Positions 1 through 12,870 of a stretch of 64,000 nucleotides of DNA are shown here, in pieces. Numbering within the stretch: the first letter of the stretch is position 1; every line of letters begins with the position of its first letter. The notes below the pieces were generated by a model, which made no database searches, had not been told where the DNA came from, and worked only from the letters and a program-made list of their open reading frames with translations. A program made the translations under genes and the position numbers. Source of the DNA: the human T2T-CHM13v2.0 reference genome, Homo sapiens. Location of the stretch: NCBI RefSeq assembly GCF_009914755.1, contig NC_060928.1; one strand, 5' to 3'.

Positions 1-3000
1 TACAGTATGTAAAAGATACTTTGGGGAGTTTGATATTATATGTACAGTATGTAAAACATACTTTGGGGAGTTTGATATTTTATGAACAGTATATAATACA
101 CATTTTGTGTACTTTGATATTTTATGTACAGTATATAATACAAACTTTGGGTTCTTTGATATTTTATGTACAGAATATAATGCATAGTTTTAGGTACTTT
201 TATATTTTATGTACAGTATATAATACATATTTTGGGTACTTTGATATTTTATGTACAGTATATAATACATACTTTGGGAACTTTGATATTTTATGTACAG
301 TATGTAATACATACTTTGGGTACTTTGATATTTTATGTACAGTATATAATACATACTATTGGTACTTTGATATTTTATGTACAGTATACAATATATAGTT
401 TGAGTACTTTGATATTTTATGTCCAGTATAAAATATATAGATTTCATACTTTGATATTTTTGTACTGAATGTAGTTTGAGCACTTTGATATTTTATGTAC
501 ACTTTATTATAAAAGTTTGGGTACTTTGATATTTTACGTACAGTATATAATACATAATTTGGGCACTTTGATGTTTTATGTACAGTATATAATACATACT
601 TTGGGTTCTTTGATATTTTATGTACAGCATATAATACATAATTTGGGGACTTTTATATTTTATGTACATTATATTATACATACTTTGGGTACTTTTATAT
701 TTTATGTACGGTATATAATACACACTTTGGGTACTTTGATATATTATGTACAGTATATAATACATACTTTGGGTACTTTGATATATTATGTACAGTATAT
801 AATACATACTAAGGGTACTTTGACATTTTATGTACAGTACATAATACATACTTTGGGTACTTTGATATTTTATGTACAGTATATAATGCATACTTTGGAT
901 ACTTTGATATTTTATGTACAGTATATAATACATTCTTTGGGTACTTTTATATTTTATGTACAGTATATAATATATAGTTTGGGTACTTTGATATTTTATG
1001 TACGGTATATAATACATACTTTGGGTACTTTGATATTTTATGTACAGTATATAATACATACTTTGGGTACTCTGATATTTTATGTACAGTATAAAATATA
1101 TAGTTTGAGTACTTTGATATTTTATGTACTGTATAAAATATATAGTTTTCGTACTTTGATATTTTATGTACAGTATATAGTTTGAGTACTTTGATATTTT
1201 ATGTACCGTTTTTTATAAATGTTTGGGTGCTTTCATATTTTATGTACAGTATATAATACATAAAAAGGGCACTTTGATATTTTATGTACAGTATATAATA
1301 CATACTTTGGGTACTCTGATATTTTATGTACAGTGTATAATACATACTTTGGGTACTTTGATATTTTATGTACAATATATAATACATACGTTGGGAACTT
1401 TGATATATTATGTACAGTATATAATACATACTTTGGGTACTTTGATATTTTATCTACAGTATACAACACATAGTTTGTGTACTTTGATATTTTATGTACA
1501 GTATATAATACATACTTTGGGTACTTTGATATTTTATGTACAGTATATAATACATACTTTGGGTACTTTCATATTTTATGTACAGTATATAATGCATAGT
1601 TTGGTTACTTTGATATTTTATCTACAGCTTATAATACATACTTTGGATAGTTTGATACTTTATGTACAGTATATAATACATACTTTGGGTACTTTGATAT
1701 TTTATGTACAGTATACAATATATAGTTTGAGTACTTTGATATTTTATGTGCAGTATAAAATATATAGTTTTGGTACTTTCATATTTTATGTACAGTATAT
1801 AGTTTGAGTACTTTGATATTTTATGTACAGTTTTTTATAAATGTTTGGGTGCTTTCATATTTTATGTACAGTATATAATACATACTAAGGGCACTTTGAT
1901 ATTTTATGTACAGTATATAATACATACTTTGGGTACTTTGATATTTTATGTATAGTATAAAATATATAGTTTGGGTACTTTGATATTTTATGTACAGTAT
2001 GTAAAAGATACTTTGGGGAGTTTGATATTATATGTACAGTATGTAAAACATACTTTGGGGAGTTTGATATTTTATGAACAGTATATAATACACATTTTGT
2101 GTACTTTGATATTTTATGTACAGTATATAATACAAACTTTGGGTTCTTTGATATTTTATGTACAGAATATAATGCATAGTTTTAGGTACTTTTATATTTT
2201 ATGTACAGTATATAATACATATTTTGGGTACTTTGATATTTTATGTACAGTATATAATACATACTTTGGGTACTTTGATATTTTATGTACAGTATGTAAT
2301 ACATACTTTGGGTACTTTGATATTTTATGTACAGTATATAATACATACTATTGGTACTTTGATATTTTATGTACAGTATACAATATATAGTTTGAGTACT
2401 TTGATATTTTATGTCCAGTATAAAATATATAGATTTCATACTTTGATATTTTTGTACTGAATGTAGTTTGAGCACTTTGATATTTTATGTACACTTTATT
2501 ATAAAAGTTTGGGTACTTTGATATTTTACGTACAGTATATAATACATAATTTGGGCACTTTGATGTTTTATGTACAGTATATAATACATACTTTGGGTTC
2601 TTTGATATTTTATGTACAGCATATAATACATAATTTGGGGACTTTTATATTTTATGTACATTATATTATACATACTTTGGGTACTTTTATATTTTATGTA
2701 CGGTATATAATACACACTTTGGGTACTTTGATATATTATGTACAGTATATAATACATACTTTGGGTACTTTGATATATTATGTACAGTATATAATACATA
2801 CTAAGGGTACTTTGACATTTTATGTACAGTACATAATACATACTTTGGGTACTTTGATATTTTATGTACAGTATATAATGCATACTTTGGATACTTTGAT
2901 ATTTTATGTACAGTATATAATACATTCTTTGGGTACTTTTATATTTTATGTACAGTATATAATATATAGTTTGGGTACTTTGATATTTTATGTACGGTAT

Positions 3001-3944
3001 ATAATACATACTTTGGGTACTTTGATATTTTATGTACAGTATATAATACATACTTTGGGTACTCTGATATTTTATGTACAGTATAAAATATATAGTTTGA
3101 GTACTTTGATATTTTATGTACTGTATAAAATATATAGTTTTCGTACTTTGATATTTTATGTACAGTATATAGTTTGAGTACTTTGATATTTTATGTACCG
3201 TTTTTTATAAATGTTTGGGTGCTTTCATATTTTATGTACAGTATATAATACATAAAAAGGGCACTTTGATATTTTATGTACAGTATATAATACATACTTT
3301 GGGTACTCTGATATTTTATGTACAGTGTATAATACATACTTTGGGTACTTTGATATTTTATGTACAATATATAATACATACGTTGGGAACTTTGATATAT
3401 TATGTACAGTATATAATACATACTTTGGGTACTTTGATATTTTATCTACAGTATACAACACATAGTTTGTGTACTTTGATATTTTATGTACAGTATATAA
3501 TACATACTTTGGGTACTTTGATATTTTATGTACAGTATATAATACATACTTTGGGTACTTTCATATTTTATGTACAGTATATAATGCATAGTTTGGTTAC
3601 TTTGATATTTTATCTACAGCTTATAATACATACTTTGGATAGTTTGATACTTTATGTACAGTATATAATACATACTTTGGGTACTTTGATATTTTATGTA
3701 CAGTATACAATATATAGTTTGAGTACTTTGATATTTTATGTGCAGTATAAAATATATAGTTTTGGTACTTTCATATTTTATGTACAGTATATAGTTTGAG
3801 TACTTTGATATTTTATGTACAGTTTTTTATAAATGTTTGGGTGCTTTCATATTTTATGTACAGTATATAATACATACTAAGGGCACTTTGATATTTTATG
3901 TACAGTATATAATACATACTTTGGGTACTTTGATATTTTATGTA
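1..3944. repeat. Near-identical tandem duplication, period 1992 bp (blocks of 706+622+664 bp); first copy starts just before the window
   Basis: Identical ORFs at offset 1992 (190/2182, 517/2509, 1223/3215). Rare variants such as TGTACTGAATGTAG and CATAAAAAGGGC are shared. Similarity ends at 1952/3944. Confidence 0.93.
1151..1226. repeat. Example of the recurrent truncated-monomer pair (35 bp + 41 bp) that punctuates the array about 80 times
   Basis: 1151-1185 GTACTTTGATATTTTATGTACAGTATATAGTTTGA (35 bp) is followed by 1186-1226 GTACTTTGATATTTTATGTACCGTTTTTTATAAATGTTTGG (41 bp). The pair recurs just before about 517, 1845, 2509, 3215, 3837, 4333, 5661, 6576, 6989, 8535 and so on, up to 62679. 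Confidence 0.93.
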
Positions 3945-5014
3945 CGTCATATAATATATAGTTTGGGTACTTTGATATTTTATGTACAGAATATAATACA
4001 TACCTTGGGTACTTTGATATTTTATGTACAGTATATAATATATAGTTTGGGTATTTTGATATTTTATGTACAGTATATAATACATACTTTGGGTACTTTG
4101 ATATTTTATGTACAGTATATAATACATACTTTGGGAACTTTGATATTTTATGTACAGTATGTAAAACATACTTTGGGTACTTTGATATTTTATGTACAGT
4201 ATATAATACATACTATTGGTACTTTGATATTTTATGTCCAGTATAAAATATATAGATTTCGTACTTTGATATTTTATGTACAGAATATAGTTTGAGTACT
4301 TTGATATTTTATGTACAATTTATTATAAAAGTTTGGGTACTTTCATATTTTACGTACAGTATATAATACATACATTGGGCACTTTGATGTTTTATGTACA
4401 GTATATAATACATACTTTAGGTTCTTTTATATTTTATGTACAGCATATACTACAAAATTTGGGGACTTTTATATTTTATGTACATTATATAATACATACT
4501 TTGGGTACTTTTATATTTTATGTACGGTATATAATACATACTTTGGGTACTTTGATATATTATGTACAGTATATAATACATACTTTGGGTAATTTGATAT
4601 ATTATGTACAGTATATAATACATACTTAGGGTACTTTGACATTTTATGTACAGTATATAATACATACTTTGGGTACTTTGATATTTTATGAACAGTATAT
4701 AATACATACTTTGGGTACTTTGATATTTTATGTACTGTATATAATACATACTTTGGGTACTTGTATATTTTATGTACAGTATATAATATATAGTTTGGGT
4801 ACTTTGATATTTTATGTACGGTATATAATACATACTTTGGGTACTTTGATATTTTATGTATAGTATATAATACATACTTTGGGTACTTTGATATTGTATG
4901 TACAGTATACAATACATAGTTTGAGTACTTTGATATTTTATGTACTGTATAAAATATATAGTTTTGGTACTTTGATATTTTATGTATAGTATATAGTTTG
5001 AGTACTTTTATATT

Positions 5015-8000
5015 TTATGTACAGTTTTTTATAAATATTTGGGTGCTTTCATATTTTATGTACAGTAGATAATACATACTAAGCGCACTTTGATATTTTA
5101 TGTACAGTATATAATACATACTTTGGTTACTCTGATATTTTATGTACAGTGTATAATACATACTTTGGGTACTTTGATATTTTATGTACAATATATAATA
5201 CATACGTTGGGAACTTTGATATATTATGTACATTATATAATTCATACTTTGGGTACTTTGATACTTTATGTACAGTATATAATACATAGTTTGTGTACTT
5301 TGATATTTTATGTACAGTATATAATACATACTTTGGGTACTTTGATATTTTATATACAGTATATAATACATACTTTGGGTACTTTCATATTTTATGTACA
5401 GTATATAATATATAGTTTGGGTACTTTGATATTTTATCTACAGCTTATAATACATACTTTGGGTACTTTGATATTTTATGTACAGTATATAATACATACT
5501 TTGGGTAGTTTGATATTTTATGTACAGTATACGATATATAGTTTGAGTACTTTGATATTTTATGTGCACTATAAAATATATAGTTTTGGTACTTTGATAT
5601 TTTATGTACAGTTTATAGTTTGAGTACTTTGATATTTTATGTACAGTTTATTATAAATGTTTGGGTACTTTCATATTTGATGTACAGTATATAATACATA
5701 ATTTGGGGACTTTGATATTTTATGTACAGTATATAATACATACTTTGGGTACTTTTCTATTTTATGTACAGTATATAATACATACTTTGGGTACTTTGAT
5801 ATTTAATGTACAGTATATAATACACACTTTCCGTACTTTGATATTTTATGTAAAGCATGTAATACATACTTTGGGCAGTTTGATATTTTATGTACAGTAT
5901 GTAATACACACTTTGGGTACTTTGATATTTTATGTACAGTATGTAAAACATACTTTGGGTAGTTTGATATATTATGTACAGTATATAATGCATACTTTGG
6001 GTACTCTGATATTTTATGTACAGTGTATAATACGTACTTTGGGTACTTTGATATTTTATGTACAGTATATAATACATACATTGGGTACTTTGATATATTA
6101 TGTACAGTATATAATACTTACTTGGGGTACTTTGATATTTTATGTACAGTATATAATACATACTTTGTGTACTTTGATATTTTATGTACAGTATATAATA
6201 CATACTTTGGGTACTTTGTTATTTTATGTACAGTATATAATACATACTTTGGGTATCTTGATATTTTATGTACAGTATATAATGCATACTTTGGGTACTT
6301 TGATATTTTATGTACAGTATATAATGCATACTTTGAGTACTTTGATATTTTATGTACAGTATGTAATACATACTTTGGGTACTTTGATATTTTATGTATA
6401 GTATATAATACATACTTTGTGTAGTTTGATATTTTATGTACAGTATACAATATATAGTTTGAGTACTTTGATATTTTATGTCCAGTATAAAATGTATAGT
6501 TTTCCTAATTGATATTTTATGTACAGAATATAGTTTGAGTACTTTGATATTTTATGTACACTTTATTATAAATGTTTGGGTACTTTCATATTTTATGTAC
6601 AGTATATAATACATACTTTGGTCTCTTTGATGTTTTATGTACAGTATATAATACATACTTTGGGTTCTTTGATATTTTATGTGCAGAATATAATGCATAG
6701 TTTTAGGTACTTTTATATTTTATGTACAGTATATAATACATACTTTGGGTACTTTGATATTTTATGTACAGTATATAATACATACTTTGGGAACTTTGAT
6801 ATTTTATGTACAGTATGTAATACATACTTTGGGTACTTTGATATTTTATGTACAGTATACAATATATAGTTTGAGTACTTTGATATTTTATGTCCAGTAT
6901 AAAATACATAGATTTCATACTTTGATATTTTATGTACAGAATATAGTTTGAGTACTTTGATATTTTATGTACACTTTATCATAAAAGTTTGGGTACTTTC
7001 ATGTTTTACGTACAGTATATAATACATACTTTGGGCACTTTGATGTTTTATGTACAGTATATAATACATACTTTGGGTTCTTTGATATGTTATGTACAGC
7101 ATATAATACATAATTTGGGGACTTTTATATTTTATGTACATTATATAATACATACTTTGGGTACTTTTATATTTTATGTACGGTATATAATACATACTTT
7201 GGGTACTTTGATATATTATGTACAGTATATAATACATACTTTGGGTACTTTGATATATTATGTACAGTATATAATACATACTTAGGGTACTTTGACATTT
7301 TATGTACAGTACATAATACATACCTTGGGTACTTTGATATTTTATGTACAGTATATAATACATACTTTGGGTACTTTGATATTTTATGTACAGTATATAA
7401 TACATGTTTTGGGTACTTTTATATTTTATGTACAGTATATAATATATAGTTTGGGTACTTTGATATTTTATGTACGGTATATAATACATACTTTGGGTAC
7501 TTTGATATTTTATGTTCAGTATATAATACATACTTTGGGTACTTTGATATTTTATGTACAGTATATAATACATACTTTGGGTACTTTGATATTTAATGTA
7601 CAGTATATAATACACACTTTGCGTACTTTGATATTTTATGTAAAGTATGTAATACATACTTTGGGTACTTTGATATTTTATGTACAGTATGTAATACACG
7701 CTTTGGGTACTTTGATATTTTATGTAGAGTATGTAAAACATACTTTGGGTAGTTTGGTATTTTATGATCAGTATATAATACATATTTTGGGTACTTTGAT
7801 ATTTTATGTACAGTATATAATACATACTTTGGGTACTTTGATATTTTATGTACAGTATATAATGCATAATTTGGGTACTTCAATAGTTTATGCACAGTAT
7901 ATAATACATACTTTGGGTAATTTGATATTTTATGTACAGTATATAATGCATACTTTGGGTACTTTGATAGTTTATGTACAGTATACAATACATACTTTGG

Positions 8001-11000
8001 GTACTTTGATATTTTATGTACAGTATATAATATGTAGTTTGGGTACTTTGATATTTTAACTACAGTATATAATACATACTTTGGGTACTTGGATATTTTA
8101 TCTACAGTATATAATAGATACTTTGGGTACTTTGATATATTATGTACAGTATATAATACATAGTTTGGTTACTTTGATATTTTTTGTACAGTATGTAAAA
8201 CATACTTTGGGGAGTTTCATATTTTATGAACAGTATATAATACACATTTTGGGTACTTTGATATTTTATGTACGGTATATAATACATACTTTGGGTACTT
8301 TGATATTTTATGTACAGTATATAATTCATACTTTGGGTACTTTGATATTTTATGTACAGTATATAATACATACATTGGGTACTTCGATATTTTATGTGCA
8401 GTACCCTATATATAGTTTGGGTACTTTGATATTTTATGTCCAGTATAAAATAAATAGTTTTGGTACTTTGATATTTTATATACAGTATATAGTTTGAGTA
8501 CTTTGATATTTAATGTTAAGTTTATTATAAATGTTTGGGTGCTTTCATATTTTATATACAGTATATAATACATACTTTGGGCACTTTGATATTTTCTGTA
8601 CACTATATAATACATACTTTGGGTACTTTGATATTTTATGTACGGTATATAATACATACATTGGGTACTTTGATATTTTATGTACAGTATATAATATATA
8701 GTTTGGTTACTTTGATATTTTATATACAGTATATAATATATATTATGTGTACTTTGATATATTATGTACAGTATATAATATATAGTATGGGTTGTTTGAT
8801 ATTTTATGTACAGTATATAATATATAGTTTGGGTAGTTTGATATTTTTAGTACAGTATGTAATATATAGTTTGTTTTATTTGATATTTTATGTACAGTAT
8901 ACAATATATAGTATTGGTACTTTGATATTTCATGTAAAGTATATAGTTTGAGTACTTTGATATTTTATATGCAGTTTATTATAAATGTTTGGGTACCTTC
9001 ATATTTTATGTAAAGTATATAATACATACTTTGGGAACTTTTATTTTATGTGCAGTATATAATACATACTTTGGGTACTTTGATATTTCATGTACAGTAT
9101 ATAATACACACTTTGGGTACTTTGATATTTTATGTACAGTATATAATACACACTTTGGGTACTTTGATATTTTATGTACAGTATATAATACATACTTTGG
9201 GTACTTTGATGTATTATGTACAGTATATAATACATACTTTGGGTACTTTGATATTTTATGTACAGTATATAATACATACTTTGGGTACTTTGATATTTTA
9301 TGTACAGTATGTAATACACACTTTGGGTACTTTGATATTTTATGTACAGTATGTAAAACATACTTTGGGTAGTTTGATATATTATGTACAGTATATAATA
9401 CATACTTTGGGTACTCTGATATTTTATGTACAGTGTATAATACATACTTTGGGTACTTTGATATTTTATGTACAGTATATAATACATACTTTGGGTACTT
9501 TGATATTTTATGTACAGTATATAATACTTACTTGGGGTATCTTGATATTTTATGTACAGTATATAATGCATACTTTGAGTACTTTGATATTTTATGTACA
9601 GTATGTAATACATACTTTGGGTACTTTGATATTTTATGTATAGTATATAATACATACTTTGTGTAGTTTGATATTTTATGTACAGTATACAATATATAGT
9701 TTGAGTACTTTGATATTTTATGTCCAGTATAAAATATATAGTTTTCCTAATTGATATTTTATGTACAGAATATAGTATGAGTACTTTGATATTTTATGTA
9801 CACTTTATTATAAATGTTTGGGTAATTTCATATTTTATGTACAGTATATAATACATACTTTGGTCTCTTTGATGTTTTATGTACAGTATATAATACATAC
9901 TTTGGGTTCTTTGATATTTTATGTGCAGAATATAATGCATAGTTTTAGGTACTTTTATATTTTATGTACAGTATATAATACATACTTTGGGTACTTTGAT
10001 ATTTTATGTACAGTATATAATACATACTTTGGGTACTTTGATATTTTATGTACAGTATATAATACATATTATTGGTACTTTGATATTTTATGTACAGTAT
10101 ACAATATATAGTTTGAGTACTTTGATATTTTATGTCCAGTATAAAATACATAGATTTCATACTTTGATATTTTATGTACAGAATATAGTTTGAGTACTTT
10201 GATATTTTATGTACACTTTATCATAAAAGTTTGGGTACTTTCATATTTTACGTACAGTATATAATACATACTTTGGGCACTTTGATGTTTTATGTACAGT
10301 ATATAATACATACTTTGGGTTCTTTGATATGTTATGTACAGCATATAGTACATAATTTGGGGACTTTTATATTTTATGTACATTATATAATACATACTTT
10401 GGGTACTTTTATATTTTATGTACGGTATATAATACATACTTTGGGTACTTTGATATATTATGTACAGTATATAATACATACTTAGGGTACTTTGACATTT
10501 TATGTACAGTACATAATACATACTTTGGGTACTTTGATATTTTATGTACAGTATATAATACATACTTTGGGTACTTTGATATTTTATGTACAGTATATAA
10601 TACATCTGTTGGGTACTTTTACATTTTATGTACAGTATATAATATATAGTTTGGGTACTTTGATATTTTATGTACGGTATATAATACATACTTTGGGTAC
10701 TTTGATATTTTATGTACAGTATATAATACATACTTTGGGTACTTTGATAATTTATGTACAGTATATAATACACACTTTGCGTACTTTGATATTTTATGTA
10801 AAGTATGTAATACATACTTTGGGTACTTTGATATTTTATGTACAGTATGTAATACACGCTTTGGGTACTTTGATATTTTATGTAGAGTATGTAAAACATA
10901 CTTTGGGTAGTTTGGTATTTTATGATCAGTATATAATACATATTTTGGGTACTTTGATATTTTATGTACAGTATATAATACATATTATTGGTACTTTGAT

Positions 11001-12870
11001 ATTTTATGTACAGTATACAATATATAGTTTGAGTACTTTGATATTTTATGTCCAGTATAAAATACATAGATTTCATACTTTGATATTTTATGTACAGAAT
11101 ATAGTTTGAGTACTTTGATATTTTATGTACACTTTATCATAAAAGTTTGGGTACTTTCATATTTTACGTACAGTATATAATACATACTTTGGGCACTTTG
11201 ATGTTTTATGTACAGTATATAATACATACTTTGGGTCCTTTGATATGTTATGTACAGCATATAGTACATAATTTGGGGACTTTTATATTTTATGTACATT
11301 ATATAATACATACTTTGGGTACTTTTATATTTTATGTACGGTATATAATACATACTTTGGGTACTTTGATATATTATGTACAGTATATAATACATACTTT
11401 GGGTACTTTGATATATTATGTACAGTATATAATACATACTTAGGGTACTTTGACATTTTATGTACAGTACATAATACATACTTTGGGTACTTTGATATTT
11501 TATGTACAGTATATAATACATACTTTGGGTACTTTGATATTTTATGTACAGTATATAATACATGTTTTGGGTACTTTTACATTTTATGTACAGTATATAA
11601 TATATAGTTTGGGTACTTTGATATTTTATGTACGGTATATAATACATACTTTGGGTACTTTGATATTTTATGTACAGTATATAATACATACTTTGGGTAC
11701 TTTGATATTTTATGTAGAGTATATAATACATACTTTGGGTACTTTGATATTTAATGTACAGTATATAATACACACTTTGCGTACTTTGATATTTTATGTA
11801 AAGTATGTAATACATACTTTGGGTACTTTGATATTTTATGTACAGTATGTAATACACGCTTTGGGTACTTTGATATTTTATGTAGAGTATGTAAAACATA
11901 CTTTGGGTAGTTTGGTATTTTATGATCAGTATATAATACATATTTTGGGTACTTTGATATTTTATGTACAGTATATAATACCTACTTTGGGTACTTTGAT
12001 ATTTTATGTACAGTATATAATGCATAATTTGGGTACTTCAATAGTATATGCACAGTATATAATACATACTTTGGGTAATTTGATATTTTATGTACAGTAT
12101 ATAATGCATACTTTGGGTACTTTGATAGTTTATGTACAGTATACAATACATACTTTAGGTACTTTGATATTTTATGTACAGTATATAATATGTAGTTTGG
12201 GTACTTTGATATTTTAACTACAGTATATAATACATACTTTGGGTACTTTGATATTTTATCTACAGTATATAATAGATACTTTGGGTACTTTGATATATTA
12301 TGTACAGTATATAATACATAGTTTGGTTACTTTGATATTTTTTGTACAGTATGTAAAACATACTTTGGGGAGTTTGATATTTTATGAATAGTATATAATA
12401 CACATTTTGGGTACTTTGATATTTTATGTACGGTATATAATACATACTTTGGGTACTTTGATATTTTATGTACAGTATATAATTCATACTTTGGGTACTT
12501 TGATATTTTATGTACAGTATATAATACATACTTTGGGTACTTTGATATTTTATGAACAGTATATAATACATACTTTGGGTACTTTGATATTTTATGTACT
12601 GTATATAATACATACTTTGGGTACTTTTATATTTTATGTACAGTATATAATATATAGTTTGGGTACTTTGATATTTTATGTACGGTATATAATACATACT
12701 TTGGGTACTTTGATATTTTATGTATAGTATATAATACATACTAAGCGCACTTTGATATTTTATGTACAGTATATAATACATACTTTGGTTACTCTGATAT
12801 TTTATGTACAGTGTATAATACATACTTTGGGTACTTTGATATTTTATGTATAGTATATAGTTTGAGTACT
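5015..12870. repeat. About 7.9-kb higher-order segment, repeated at about 42121-50020
   Basis: Matching ORFs at offset 37106 (5015/42121, 6576/43682, 8081/45187, 8989/46095, 10207/47313), then 37148 after one extra monomer (11123/48271, 12260/49408). Confidence 0.9.
10200..11950. repeat. Local tandem duplication of the TATCATAAAAG-marked block, period 916 bp (958 bp in the copy at 47337/48295)
   Basis: Block starts at 10231 and 11147 share private variants (CATATAGTAC, CTTAGGG, TTTTACATTT, CACGCTTT, TATGATCAG). Confidence 0.8.

Noticed and set aside
426-432. TATAAAA TATA-box-like motifs in cassette monomers
   Set aside because: Expected by chance in such AT-rich repeats and repeated in nearly every cassette; no independent promoter evidence.
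4626-4631. TTAGGG telomeric hexamer, recurring in paralogous blocks
   Set aside because: Isolated single copies caused by one T>A change in TTTGGG; never tandem.
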